DNA of 63,186 bases, filler included, from Hyphochytrium catenoides (GCA_900088475.1; 9 parts of 9 records of this genome joined end to end with filler, not necessarily neighbours in it); one strand, 5' to 3'; numbered from the whole stretch's first letter, positions 1 through 12,675 are shown. Notes: a model not told the origin generated them from the sequence alone. Numbers and translations: made by a program.

Positions 1-342
1 GAGAGAGAGAGAGAGAGAGAGTCAGAGAAGAGAGGGAGAGAGAGGGAGAGAGAGAGAGAGAAAAGGAGGAGAAAAGAGGAGAGCTGAGGGCGAGCAGATG
101 CTCGCTTTCTCCTTTCCTACTTGTATCCCCAAAGCGAGCAGCAGCACACCTCTGTGTCTCTCCGTCTCTCCCGTGCTACAGTACCGTGTCTCTCCTGGTC
201 TCTCTTCCGTGCGGGGTCCCCCTTTCTCTCTCTCTCTCTCAGCTGGCTCCTCCCTCTCGGCGGCATTGGAGATCTTTCTCTCTCTGTCCCATCGTCTCTC
301 TCTCTCTCTCTCTCTTCACTGCTGCTGACGCTGGAGAAAGGC

Positions 343-662
343 ATGCCGCGGCCGCTGCTGAGAATTTCCGGCACTTCAGAGCGGATCAGTCTCTTCTCCA
401 GTCGCCTTTCTGCGCTCTCTCCCTCTCTCTCTCACTTTCTCTCTCTCCCGCACAGATCGCGGTGTTTGCTCCTAAGAATGAGTCTCTCTTCTGCTGCTCC
501 TCTCTCTCATTGTTCTCTTCCTCTCCCTCCTCCTCTCTCCAGAGCGGGGACCAGGAGGCCGCAGCCGCCGGCCTGGGTCGAATGTCCTCCAAAAAAAGGA
601 GATGCAGAGGAAGGAAAAGGCAGCGGTAGAAAGTTCACTGTCGCACAGGTAATGAAGATGAA

Positions 663-709
<47 letters not shown>

Positions 710-1042
710 CGGCTCAAGAGTGAGGAGAGAGCATGCAGAGCCTCTAGGAGAGATGGCACAGGGAGAGCGGGAAGAGCCAAAGAGAGAGAACTGCACCTCA
801 TACGTCCTTTCGTTCTTCTTTCTGAGATTCCTCTCCCTGTCTCTCTCCTCACCCTTTTACATCTCTTGCTCACTCCCTCTTTCGCACTCTCTCTCTCTCT
901 TCCTCTCTCTCTCTTTTACTCTTACTTCTTTCTCTCTCAGTTCAACATCCTAGCCAGCAACTTAGCGAAATACTCGCGCTTTCCTTACGTCCTGCCCTAC
1001 CTTCTTGACTGGAAACAGAGAAAATGGAACGTCCTCCATGAG
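343..1042 (+). CDS. CCR4/Angel/nocturnin-like EEP-family nuclease, 5' part (exons ~343-648 and 941-1042; the rest was not found before the scaffold end)
   Basis: Splicing GT(649)..AG(940) gives KFTVAQ|FNILASNLAKYSRFPYVLPYLLDWKQRKWNVLHE, matching the N-terminal 'F-T-V-x-x-[YF]-N-I-L-A...L-x-W-x-x-R' motif of CCR4-like EEP proteins. The N-terminus from ATG 343 is S/R/L-rich and resembles a transit peptide. The start codon is uncertain. Confidence 0.72.
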
Positions 1043-1075
1043 GTGAGACGAAGGAATTCTCATGTTTTCTCGCTT

Positions 1076-1139
<64 letters not shown>

Positions 1140-1777
1140 ATTCCTCTCTCTTTCCTCTCTCTTCTCTATTTGCTCTCTGTGCAGACAGCACTACGAGTTC
1201 CTTTTCTGTGTTCATCTCTTTGTTTCAGCTCTCTTTCTCTATATCTCTCTCTCTCTCGTTCTTCTTCTCCTGCTCGGAATGCGTTCATTCGCTATGGCCT
1301 CTAGCATTCTCTCTCTTTGTCTTTCCTTCTTATCTTATCTCCTCATCCAAATCCGTCTTTCACTCCCTCCTTCTCCCCTCGCTTGGTTCTAACACCGGTC
1401 TCTCTCTCTGTCTCTTGTCGTCCTTCGCGTCGATTCCTCTGCTTTGGCTTTCCGCTTGATTTCCTCTTGTCGACCTCTCTCTCTTCCTCACCCTTCTCTC
1501 GGGTTTTCTTTCGGATTCTTGTACCTCTCTCTCTCGGGCTCTCGTGCTTCGTCTTCTTTTCCATCTCTGTTTTTTTCTATCTTTCCGTTTACTTTGTCTG
1601 CGTCTCTCTCTTCTTCTTCCCTTCTGTCCGTCTCTTCTTCTTCCTTTGTGTCGCTCTCTTTCTCTCTCTTTCCCTCTCCCTCACATTCTCTTCCGTTCTT
1701 CTGACTGTCTCTCTCTCTTTTTTCCTCTTTCCTTTCTGTCTGTCTGTTCTTCTGTCCTTTCTCTCTCTCTCTCTCTC

Positions 1778-1877
1778 NNNNNNNNNNNNNNNNNNNNNNN
1801 NNNNNNNNNNNNNNNNNNNNNTTAATTAATTAANNNNNNNNNNNNNNNNNNNNNNNNNNNNNNNNNNNNNNNNNNNN
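1778..1877. other. Artificial scaffold linker (44N-TTAATTAATTAA-44N)
   Basis: Exactly 100 nt with a six-frame stop sequence at 1822-1833. The identical structure occurs 8 times in the window. Confidence 0.98.
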
Positions 1878-1931
1878 AGAAGAAGAGAAGAGAGAGAATA
1901 GGCTCAGGAAAGGCATTCGTTTTAAGGGAAA

Positions 1932-3542
1932 ATGACGTCCATGAGTGACCTCGATCGGCAAATAGAGCAGCTGAAACGATGTGAATATCTGAAGGAGAGC
2001 GAGGTATCGCTTCTGTTCTCCCTCTTTCTCCCTGGTTGCTCCTCTTCCTACATCTCTCTCTTTCCATGGCATCTGTCTCCAATCATCTCTCTTCTCTCAT
2101 TTGACCACTTTGGCTCTAGATATTTGAATATTTCTCTGTCAACGCTTGCTTCTGCACGACTTCCTCTCTCTCTCTCTCTGTGTCTGGCTGTGCCGTCTAC
2201 TCTTCCCTTTCTTCTTTGGCCCATTCACCTAGTCAGCTAGCATCACAACTATCGGTGACGCTCTCGTCTCTCGCTCTGTCTCTTTCTCGCTCTTTCTCTC
2301 TCTACCTGCCTCTCTCTCTCTTTCTCTCTCTCTCTCTCCCCGTATTGCATTGCATATCAGGTGAAAGCCTTATGTCAGAAGGCGCGGGAGATTTTAGTGG
2401 ATGAGAGCAATGTCCAGCGTGTAGACGCACCAGTCACAGTATGTTTCCCCTCTCTCTTTCATCTCCCAAGTGCAGTCTCTGTTTCTCTTTCTTCTCTCTC
2501 GTTCATTCCCTCTCCCCTTGACGACGTGCCCCTCATAGTCATTATCCTTGTATACTGTCTTCTCTCTTTTCTCGCTTCTCTTTTCTCTCGTTTCCTTTTA
2601 GTTTCCGCGGTTCCGTTTCTTTCTCTCTTTCCGACGTCCCCTTTCTCTCTTTTTCTCGTCTCTCTTTCTTCTCGTCTCTCGTTTTGTCACTCTCTCTCCT
2701 TGCATGCCTCGTTTCTTTCTTCTTGCTCTTCCTCAATCGCTCTCTTTCTCGGCTCTCCTTGCTGCCTCTTCGTTGCCCCAACCATCTCACTCTCTCCTCC
2801 CTCTTCTTCCTTCTCTCTCCACCTTCCGTGTCTCTTCCTGTATCTCCGGCTCTCTGNNNNNNNNNNNNNNNNNNNNNNNNNNNNNNNNNNNNNNNNNNNN
2901 NNNNNNNNNNNNNNNNNNNNNNNNNNNNNNNNNNNNNNNNNNNNNNNNNNNNNNNNNNNNNNNNNNNNNNNNNNNCATGGGAGACTTCGTAGACAGAGGA
3001 TTTTATAGTGTGGAGACGTTTCTTCTACTGCTGGCCCTTAAGGTCTCTCTCTCCCCTTTCTCTCTCTCTTTCTTCCACACACTGCTTATAGTTCCTTTCT
3101 CAAGTTGTGTCGAATTCTGCTTTCTCTCTTCCCCTCTTCTCTCTCCTTTGAGGGCCCTCTCTTTCTTTTTGTCTCTCTCTCTCTTCTCTCTTTACTGCTG
3201 GTCTCGCTTGGTGTACCTGCTGAAATATCCTTTTATTTGTTCTCTCTTTCTTCTCTTTCTCTCTCCCATCCGCTGTGCTGGGTCCTGTGTACCTGTTGTG
3301 AACACTTTCTTTGATTGGCGTCCTTGGCCTCGTCTCTCCTTTCACTTCTACCTCTTGTGGCTTCTTCCATCTTTTAGGGACTAACTTCTCTCTTTCTCTT
3401 TCCTATCTCCTCTTCCTCGCTCTCGTCGTTCTCTCTCCTCTGTCTTTCCGTTGCTCGTCTCCTCCTTACTTCTACCCTTGTCTCTCTTTCTCCCTACGCT
3501 CTCCCCTTTCCCGCTCCTTTCTCTTTTCTCCTCTCTCTCTTT

Positions 3543-3574
<32 letters not shown>

Positions 3575-5591
3575 TCCCATCAATTCAGGTTCGCTACCCA
3601 GACCGCATCACCCTCATCCGCGGCAACCACGAGAGCCGTCAGATTACGCAAGTGTACGGCTTTTATGACGAATGTTTGCGGAAGTACGGATCTGTAAATG
3701 TGTGGCGATACTGCACCGAGATTTTTGATTATCTCAGTCTTTCCGCGATTATCGAGGATAAAGTCTTCTGCGTGCACGGTGGTCTTTCTCCTTCGATCAA
3801 CACTTTGGACCAGATCCGAATCATTGACAGGAAGCAGGAGGTGCCGCATGACGGAGCGATGTGTGACCTGATGTGGTCTGACCCTGAAGGTGAGAGAGAG
3901 ACGAAGAGAGAGAGAGAGACGAAAGGAGAGCGAGAGAGAAAGAGAGAGAGAGAGAGACAGAGAGAGAGAGAGAGGGGCAAAGGGCAGAAGAGAAAGGAGG
4001 GAGAGATAGAAGAGGGTCGGGGCAAATGTATCTTCCTTTTTAGCTTGTTGAAGAGGAACATCAAGGCGTTTGGGCGCTGGGACCCGCCTCTCTGTCCTTT
4101 TCTCTTGTTCGTGTGTGGGAGCTTGTTCTTTGCTGCGGGAGTCACAAAAGCCAGGCGTTTGACACTGCTTCTTTCTCTTTTGTTTGACATAATTTCTCGT
4201 TCACTCCCTCTTTCTCTTCGGCGCATCTCACCTCTCTTTTACGTAGATATTGATGGGTGGGGCTTGAGTCCACGCGGTGCGGGCTATCTCTTTGGTGGGG
4301 ACGTTGTGGAGAAGGTAGAAACTTTAGAAGCACCATAACGTGTCTCTCTCCTCTCTCTCTCTCTCTCTTCCTCTCTCTCCTTGTTCCAACTTGTCTTTCC
4401 CTTAGCAGAAGTGTCCCATTCCTTCAGGCTGATCTCTTCTCCCTCTCCTCCCAATATCTCTCTTTCCCTTGTCTCTTTGGGCAATGGTCTGCCTTGTAGT
4501 CGTCATACTCTTCTATTGCCCTTTCTTTGTCTTTTAGTTAGTCTATTACCTTTCTCTGTATTTGGAGTTATTGTCTTCTATCTCTCTTTGCCTCTCCCGT
4601 GCTTGTTAACTCCTGCGGTGCACATATCTCTCTCTCTCAACCTCTCTCTGTGTCTCAGATCTCCTAATGTGGCGCTTTATTCTCTCTCCCTATGAAGCTG
4701 TTCCTGACGCTCGTTCTTTCTCTGTCTCGCTCGCTCTTTCTGTCTCTCGCTGTCTCCTGGTCTCTCCCCTACCGCTTCTCTCTCATCGCTTTTTCTCTCT
4801 ACCTTTCTCTTCTTTGCAGTTCAACCACACGAATGATCTGCAATTGATTGCTCGCGCTCATCAGCTGGTGATGGAAGGATACAAGCAGATGTTTGCTGAC
4901 TCTCTCGTCACAGTCTGGTCGGCACCGAACTACTGCTATAGGTAATTCACTCTCTCTCCCCTCTCTTCTCAATCGTTTCTCTTTCTTTCTCTCTCCTGCT
5001 TTGTGTCGTCTTTTCTCTCTCGTCTGTTTTATTTCCTCCCTCTCCCTAGCCATCGACCCCTTGCCGTTGCGGTACGGCTTCTCAAGGGTTTCCCTTTCCT
5101 TGTTTTGGTCTCTCTCTCTCTCTCTGTGTGTCTGCATATCCTCGTGGACTTCTCTCACATTCTCCATAGATTTATGTAAATATGTACGTCTTTCTCTCTC
5201 TCTCTCTCGGTACTTGCCTTTGACACGTGTACCTTCCCTCTTACAGATGCGGCAATGTTGCGGCGGTTTTGGAGATGGATGAGAATCTTGGCAAGAAATT
5301 CAAGGTAAGAAGGACTAAGACTTAGGCTGGTTATATCCCATGTCGGGTTGGGACAGAGAGAGAGAGAGGAAGGAAGAGATAAAGAGAAAGAAAGAGAGAG
5401 GAAAACAAAGGGAGACAGAGAGAGAGGCGAGTGCGAGACGGGGAGGAAAGGGCGAAGTAGGTAAGACATAGACTGATGCGTGACGTTGACTCAATTCTTG
5501 CTTTCTCTTGCTTTAATAGATTTTTGAGGCTGCGCCCCAGGAGGAGAGAGGCATTCCAGCCAAGAAGCCGGCACCAGACTACTTCCTATAA
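1932..5591 (+). CDS. PPP4C: Serine/threonine protein phosphatase 4 catalytic subunit (multi-exon; part of one exon lies in the N gap 2857-2975)
   Basis: Exons: 1932-2003 ([20 protein letters not shown]), 2361-2438 ([26 protein letters not shown]), ~2976-3042 ([22 protein letters not shown]), 3589-3889 ([18 protein letters not shown]...WSDPE), 4247-4314 ([10 protein letters not shown]), 4820-4941 (RAHQL...WSAPNYCYR), 5247-5304, 5520-5591 ending PDYFL*. The PPP-family motifs, the N-terminus and the DYFL C-terminus fit PP4. Confidence 0.95.
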
Positions 5592-6149
5592 AGAGGGAGA
5601 GACCAAGGGAAGAGAGAATAAGCCTAGAGGCTTGTAAGATTGTGAAAGGGAGAGGTTTCCTTTATGAAAACGTAACTCTATGAGGGAGGACAGAGCTTAG
5701 CGGGATCAAGAAAGAGAGAGAGAGACTTGGCAGACAGAGAGAGAGAGAAAGGCGGCAAGTGAAAAAGGTGCGGCACTGAGAGCGAGGGAAGAGAGTAAAG
5801 AGTAGAGAGCGACGCTGATCTTCTTGCCTCGCGCTCACAGAGCTCGCACAGTCTAGCTTCTGATGCTGCTCTCGGCGACTGCTTCGGAGGAGAGAGTGCA
5901 GTGCCTTTCTCTTCAAGAGAACATGAAGAAAGTGGGAGAGAGAGAGAGAGAAAAGGAACGGAGAGACAGACAGAGGCTGTGTTCTTCACTTACTTTTGCA
6001 AAGTGTGCTATGGGCTTCTTTGGTGCTCTAATGTAAATCTAGCCTTTGAAGTGAAAGCCGTAGTGCCTTGAGGTTGATGCTCCCGGAGACTGTCCGGCTT
6101 AACATCAGATCATTCTCACCTCGTCACGTTCGTTTAGAGAGCTAGTGTC

Positions 6150-7470
6150 TCACATCTCCAGCCTTCTTCTGCCCAAGGAGCATGTATGAGCGAACGATAT
6201 CCATGTTATTCCGTACAGAGAGTCTACCCAGGAGGCGTCCGAGGTAGCTGCCTACGCTTGTGGTTGGCGAGGAGCTGCGCTAGCGTTTGTTGGCCAGCGT
6301 CCACGTTCTCCACATACGTTTCCGTTAACCCGGCGAATGCACCAGAGCAGGATAGACACAAGCCTGCAAGAGAGCCATCAAACAGTCCAAGCACACATTT
6401 TGCCATAGTTCCAACTGAACAAGGATAACAGTCCGTTCAACTTCATACTCTTAGCATCCAGTCCTTCAAGGACATGGTACACCGGAGACACGGCCTCCTC
6501 ACTCACCGAGGTGAACGAGAAGAATGAGCTACTTTTGCCGATGTCTTGCCACACATCGGCGATGAGAGGTGGATGACGAACGAGAGGACAGAGGAGCTCA
6601 CCTTTTTGTTGGCTAACCTCAACGTTCTCCACATATTTTGCTGTTAACGGGACGGATACTCCTCAAAGGTGAGCACCTCTATCCTCTCGTTCATCATCAA
6701 CCTTCTTGTTGCAGGCTATACGAGATGAGATCTGTCGTCTTCCTCGTCAAACTTTTGTCCACGGTCTACCAAGGCTTAGGTTTGGCTTTGTACACTTGGT
6801 AGCAGGTTTGGGTCAGTGGAGAGCGAGGAGCCCGTCTTTGGCTGCTGCTCTTCTTTGTTTTGGTCTGCTTCTTCTTCGCGAGTTTTATCATCGCGGACTT
6901 CGGGCTCCTTGGAGTCCAAATGGATGATTGGGGCTTTTCTTTTCTTCGCCAGTCGCTTTAGAGGTCAGAGTTTGCTGCTTTTGAGGCATCTTGGTCGACG
7001 CTAGTTAATCTTGACCTCGCGTCGAATGCACCATGTGAAAGGCTCTTCCAGCGGCCGAGAGGGAGACCGGATGGCAAACCCAGACTATTTATTGACTTCT
7101 TCCTCAGAGCGCGGCAGCCCTTTAGAATGCTGAGTTTGCTGCTTCCGAGGCATCGTGGTTGGTTCCTTTCACTCTAGTTGGTCTTGACTCCGCGTCGAAT
7201 GCACCATGTGGAAGGCTCTTCCAGCCGTCAAGTGGAGACAGCATGGCACCACCCGTGACTCTATTGACTTCCTCAGAGTGCGGCAGCGCTTGCATTCATG
7301 TGGAGGCTCGTCCACCAGCAGCGGTCAAGAGGGCGATGGGATGGCAAACCCGTGACGATCCACTGACTTCCTTCCTCAGCAGCAGCGGCGGCGGCGGCGG
7401 CGGCGGCGGCACATTCTGCTGTGATAGCTCACTGAGCAGTCCTGGAGGACGTCTGGGACTTCCCGGTCTC
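6150..7470 (-). pseudogene. Degraded coding-like relic with internal imperfect repeats (unknown origin)
   Basis: High-complexity sequence with short interrupted minus-strand frames and 2-3 diverged copies of a ~110-180 bp unit (about 6970-7380). No family recognised. Confidence 0.3.
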
Positions 7471-7636
7471 ATTTACTCTGTCTGCTCCCTTCTGTCAGGA
7501 TGTCCACAACATCTCTTCGTCGGTGGTTGTATGGTAAATCATTCATTTTACCCTACCAGCTGCTACTCTGTCTCGCATCGCCCGGTCAGTGTCACACTCC
7601 ACAGTTGTTCGTTATCAAGGGCAGAACGATGTTTGG

Positions 7637-7692
<56 letters not shown>

Positions 7693-8007
7693 GAGAGCGA
7701 GAGAGAGAAAAAGAGGTAGGAGAGAAACACACTGCAAGATGAGAGAGAGAGAAAGCCCTTGCACTTTAGAAGAGGGCAGGAAGAGAGATCAAGAGAGAGA
7801 GAGCGACTGACTCCCCTTGTCATTATTATAAAAGAAACTATCTCCTTCCCGCATTCTCAAGTTCCATCAACAGGAAGAGAGACAAGTGGTGGAGGACAGA
7901 GACCATTGTCAGCGCACTAGCCCAGCTCCTCTCAGGGTGAGAAAGAGGCTCGCGGCTCGCGAAAGAGAGAGAGAAACAACAAGAGAGAGAGCAAGATTTA
8001 GAGAGAG

Positions 8008-8895
8008 ATGACTGCTTATCGTTGGCAGAGTCTCTCTTTATCCCTTTTACTCCTCCTTCTCTTGTTGCTGGTCAGCCATCCTCGATCCTTAGCGGCAGAG
8101 AGAGAGAAATCCCGAGAGAGAGAAAAGAGAGAAGAGGCGAAGAGAGAGAGACACCAGCGGGAAGAAGAGGAGAACGCCTTCCTCCGATGTTCGGTTGATC
8201 ACTGCTACAAACAATGGCAAAGATGTGGCAAGGAAGAGAAGTGCTCGTCTCTCCTTCGTCTCTCTGTAGAAAGCGGATCGTCTCCTGCGGAGATTTTGAA
8301 AGGAGAGAGAAAGAGAGAAGAGAAAGAGAGAGACACGGGCATGTCTCTCTCTCTTCTCTCTTCTCTTTGGGATTGTATGCAGGCCAACGACTGCAATGCT
8401 CACCTACATAGCGTCACCTTCTCTCCCTTTCTCCCCTTTCTTTCCTCCTCCGGCTCCTCTCTTCGGCAAGAGACGGATAGGGAGAGAGAAGAGGAAAGGG
8501 AGAGCGAGAAGAGCAAGAGGGAGAAAGACATGGTTCTTCTCTCTTCAACTGCTGAGCCAGTAGAAGAGGAAGAAGGAAGAGATCAAGAGAAAGAAGGATC
8601 GGAGAATGAAGAAGATAGGGAGGAGACTTCGAATCCTTCTCAAGAGAACCAACACGACGAAGCAGAGAGAGAGAGAGACGATTCTCTCTCTCCTGTCCCT
8701 CTCTCTCCCTCTCCCTCCGGGAAGTGGGAGAGTGAAGAGGAAGAGAGAGAGTCTAACCAGCAAGAGAGCAGAAAGATTGTTCGTCTTGTCTCTTCTCTCT
8801 TGGCAGTGACGGCGGCTGTGGCCTTTGCAGCTGTAAGCTACACGCTCTGGAGAGGAAACAGAATGCGGAGAGATTATCAGAGCATTCCTTCTTAA
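8008..8895 (+). CDS. Single-exon type I membrane protein (signal peptide, Cys-rich ectodomain, acidic linker, C-terminal TM, short tail)
   Basis: 295-aa ORF with an N-terminal poly-Leu signal peptide, C-x4-C-x6-C-x5-C...C-x5-C, TM segment LVSSLLAVTAAVAFAAVSYTLW and tail RRDYQSIPS*. Confidence 0.75.
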   Translation: MTAYRWQSLSLSLLLLLLLLLVSHPRSLAAEREKSREREKREEAKRERHQREEEENAFLRCSVDHCYKQWQRCGKEEKCSSLLRLSVESGSSPAEILKGERKREEKERDTGMSLSLLSSLWDCMQANDCNAHLHSVTFSPFLPFLSSSGSSLRQETDREREEERESEKSKREKDMVLLSSTAEPVEEEEGRDQEKEGSENEEDREETSNPSQENQHDEAERERDDSLSPVPLSPSPSGKWESEEEERESNQQESRKIVRLVSSLLAVTAAVAFAAVSYTLWRGNRMRRDYQSIPS

Positions 8896-9377
8896 CCTTT
8901 CTCCGCAAGAACATTATGACATCAGAGAGAGAGAGAGAGAGAGAGAAAAAAAGAGAGTGTGACGTGTGTGTCTGTGTCTGGGACAGAGACAAGTAAGGGG
9001 AAAGACGGAAGAAGAGAGAGGAAACAGCGTAGGAGCTTATGCAGCAACGCATCTTTCTTGACTTTCTTTTCTCTCCTGTCGCCTCTCCCGTTTCTTCCTT
9101 TATCTCGTGTCGTTACCTGTTCCTCCATCTTTCTCTCCTCTTTCTGTCTCTCTTTCCCACTCGTCGTCGTTGAGCTAAGACCGAGCAGGGAGCTGAGGTT
9201 TGTTCTCTTTCTGCATCTCTCTTTCCTTCTCTCTCTCTTTTCCATTCCTTCTTCCTGCGTACATGCGGTGTGCCTTCACATGCAACGTCTCTTTGACTAC
9301 GTCTCTATCTTTTCTTCTTCTCTCACTCCTCGTGTGACTCAGAAAGGCTGTGGTTTAGCATCAGGGGAATGCTTGAC

Positions 9378-9436
<59 letters not shown>

Positions 9437-9842
9437 GAACCTTTTCTAATGAAAAGTCTATTATCAAAAAGCACGGCTAGTGTACAGCGGAGAATGGAGA
9501 TCTCTTCTCTCTTTCTTTTTCTTGGGCTCAAAAAGAAAAGGAGAGAGAAGGGCAGACAACTTTCCTAACTTTAGAAATACTGATGAAGACGGAGGGACCT
9601 TCCCAAACAGATAGCGAGAGAGAGAGAAGAGGATCACCAAGAAGATCAATACCTTCCCGCCCGCTCTCTCTCTCTTCTTCTCTCCTCTACATTGCCTTGA
9701 AAGCTTTGCAATCAGACGAGAGAGAGAAAGAGAGAAGGGGGGGGAATCCAAGAGGGAGTAGCGTATGACTCTTCATAGCATCTCCTATCGGTCCACAGAG
9801 AAAAGAGAGCCACATCGTCTCTCTCTCTCTCTCTCTCTTCAT

Positions 9843-10962
9843 TATGGCTTGCAGAGTCTCTCAATGGCCTCCATGAGCGGTTTGACCAGAGGATGAACGG
9901 TAACTTTTGTATGGAAGTTGGTCTGGTGGCTTTTCTTCACTCTGTGGCGGTAGGAAGAGTTGCGCCGGTCCTTGAAATGAGAGGGAACAATCTCAAGAGA
10001 AATATTTCTCCACATCTCTCTCTCTCTCCCTTTCTCTCTCTCTTTCCTGGTTGGCGAGCGTATTGCCCTAATGAAGCTCTGTGTCCGTCGTCAGATTGAG
10101 AAGAGGTTCCTAGGCAGAACAAAGAGATCGCTGTGTCTCTCTCTCGGCCGTTGAAGGAGAAAGCTTCCTTTCTTTTCTCTTCTGTGTCCGCGCTGTCTTC
10201 TCTCTCTCTCTTCTCTTTCTCCTGCTGTCTTCTCTGGGCTCCAAAGATGCCTCTCTCTTCTTCTTGGTCCTCTGTCTCTGCTGCGACCTCACGGGCGTAG
10301 AACGAACAGAGGGAAAGAGAATGGGAGAAAGGAAAATAGCTTTGAGAAGAGAGAAGAGAAGTTCCTAACTCTCTCTCTTATCTTTCTCCTTTTTAATGGT
10401 AACGATTGTTTATGGAAATGATGGAGCTCTTCTTCTATGTTAAGCTTCGCCGGGAATTTTGAAGAATGAGAGGACAGCGGAAGATGGAAGAGAAAGAGAG
10501 AGACAATTACAGAAGAGAGAGAGAAACAGGGAGATTAGAAGAGCAACAAGAAGATAGAAAGCAAAGGTGAGTGACCACAATAAGAGAGAGAAGATCGGAG
10601 CAAAGACTGAGGGCAACAGGGAAGAGTGATGAGGAACGAAGAAGAGAGGAAAAGGATGAACAGATTGATAGGTAGAGGAAGGAGAGAGAGAGAGAGAGAG
10701 AGAGAGAAGAGAGAGAGGGAGAAGGAGAGACACCACTGTCAACTGACTGTGTCAGCTCTATCTCCTTTCGAACATGATGTTGAAGTGCAAGCTGCGGGGA
10801 AACTTCATAATGAGACGGAATGAGTGAGAAAGGCAAAAAGAAAAAAGCGAGCGAAACAAGAGAGAGAGAGACAAAGAGAGAGGGAAGACAGGAGAGAGCA
10901 TCAGGATTGAAAGGCACAGACAGGGATAGAGAGTGAGAGAGAGTGAGAAGAAGGAGGGTTGT

Positions 10963-11013
<51 letters not shown>

Positions 11014-11253
11014 AATGGCTTATGCAGCGACGTCGTTGATCCACTGTCGAAGAGTGTTGTTGCCGTCTTACAAGTGCAGGAGGTGGAGACATAATCAGAG
11101 AGAGAAAGAGAAGAGAAGAGAAGGTAGAACTAGTTGGTCTGGAGAAGAAGGGTAAGAAACAAGGTGGATCCCTTTTCTGACCAGAAGCAAGCACGCAAGC
11201 AGCCACCACTCCTGGCTGCGAAAGAAGAAAGGACAGAGGAGAAGAGAGAGTGA

Positions 11254-11314
<61 letters not shown>

Positions 11315-11345
11315 TGTTTTCCTCGACTACGTATTGAGTCATCAT
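9843..11345 (-). CDS. Possible multi-exon gene of unknown function (3' part)
   Basis: Short high-complexity islands between pyrimidine-rich (sense-strand) stretches translate plausibly: DGNNTLRQWINDVA, LALQHHVRKEIELTQSVDS, KLNIEEELHHFHKQSLPLKRRK and ...VHPLVKPLMEAIERLCKP*. The splice model could not be resolved. Confidence 0.3.
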
Positions 11346-11432
11346 GTTGTCATTCCTTCCTTTGTGCCTCCTTTCCTCTCTCTCTTTCGATCCCCTGATG
11401 AGCTGATGACGTTTTGATTCTCGCCCTTCTCT

Positions 11433-11475
<43 letters not shown>

Positions 11476-11500
11476 CTCTCTCTCACTCTCTCTCTCTCTC

Positions 11501-11600
11501 NNNNNNNNNNNNNNNNNNNNNNNNNNNNNNNNNNNNNNNNNNNNTTAATTAATTAANNNNNNNNNNNNNNNNNNNNNNNNNNNNNNNNNNNNNNNNNNNN
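11501..11600. other. Artificial scaffold linker
   Basis: 44N-TTAATTAATTAA(11545-11556)-44N. Confidence 0.98.
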
Positions 11601-11762
11601 AGGAGCCTGAAGGGGCCATGGAGAGGTCAGAGAGAGTAAGAGAGGAAACGTAATGAGAGCAAACCAGGGAGGATGGACAGGGATAGAGAAACGAGAGCCA
11701 GGTAAAGGAGAAATCACATTACTAGAGAGGGTGTAGAGAAGATACTCACGAGAGAGGGCGAC

Positions 11763-11839
<77 letters not shown>

Positions 11840-12432
11840 GAGAGAGCAGACAGAGAGAAAAAGGTAGGCCCGATGAGAGGAAGACGGTCACTACTACTGA
11901 CCACAAATCGGTTGACGGCCCGCACAGATACAAACGCGTGGAACCTCATGGTCAGGCTATTGACCGAGACGAAGTGACAGGGCCGACGCCATAGGGTTTG
12001 CCGACGCAGAACGGAGGGCAGAAGCCGAGGGACAGTATGAGGGACAAGCAATGAGCCAGAGGCCCACAGCCTATCGTGTGATGAACAGAGCAGCAGTGCA
12101 CAAGTAAGGCAGGGTTACAGCCCGGTGGATGGAGCCCAGAAAGGAAGAAGAGCGAGCAAGAGACAGTAGGTAAGAGACAGAGAGAGAGAGACAGAGGGCT
12201 CGAGGAAGAGAGAGAGAGAGACAAACAGAGCGGGCTCCGCTAATAAGACAGTGTGGAGGCAAACAGAGATGGCGACATCCAATAGAAAGCTCTTTGGCAG
12301 CAGCAGCTAATGAGCGACGCTGATGATGAGAGAAATGATGCCCCAAGCTCAAGTACCACAAGCTGAGGTCCTACTGCTTCCTTTACTTCCAGGGGAGCGT
12401 GAGGGAGAACATGCGCGCATATAAAGGGAAGG

Positions 12433-12484
<52 letters not shown>

Positions 12485-12675
12485 GTCAGGGAGGGAGGAG
12501 GGAGGAGCACCTAAACGACCAAACGGATACCGCTTAAGTATTGACCTGATAATAAGCCGCTGCTGGCCTCATCACCAGCCTTACTGATAGACCATGATCC
12601 AAAGAAAGACCGTGTCCTGGGACAGTAACGGATCTTCGCTGTCATCACTGTCACTACAAGTACCTACCTTGTGTT

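Noticed and set aside
866-1829. S/L/F-rich 'membrane protein' ORFs, and many similar ones across the window (e.g. 34616-35558, 58952-59612)
   Set aside because: They are (CT)n/(GA)n intronic or intergenic low-complexity artefacts.
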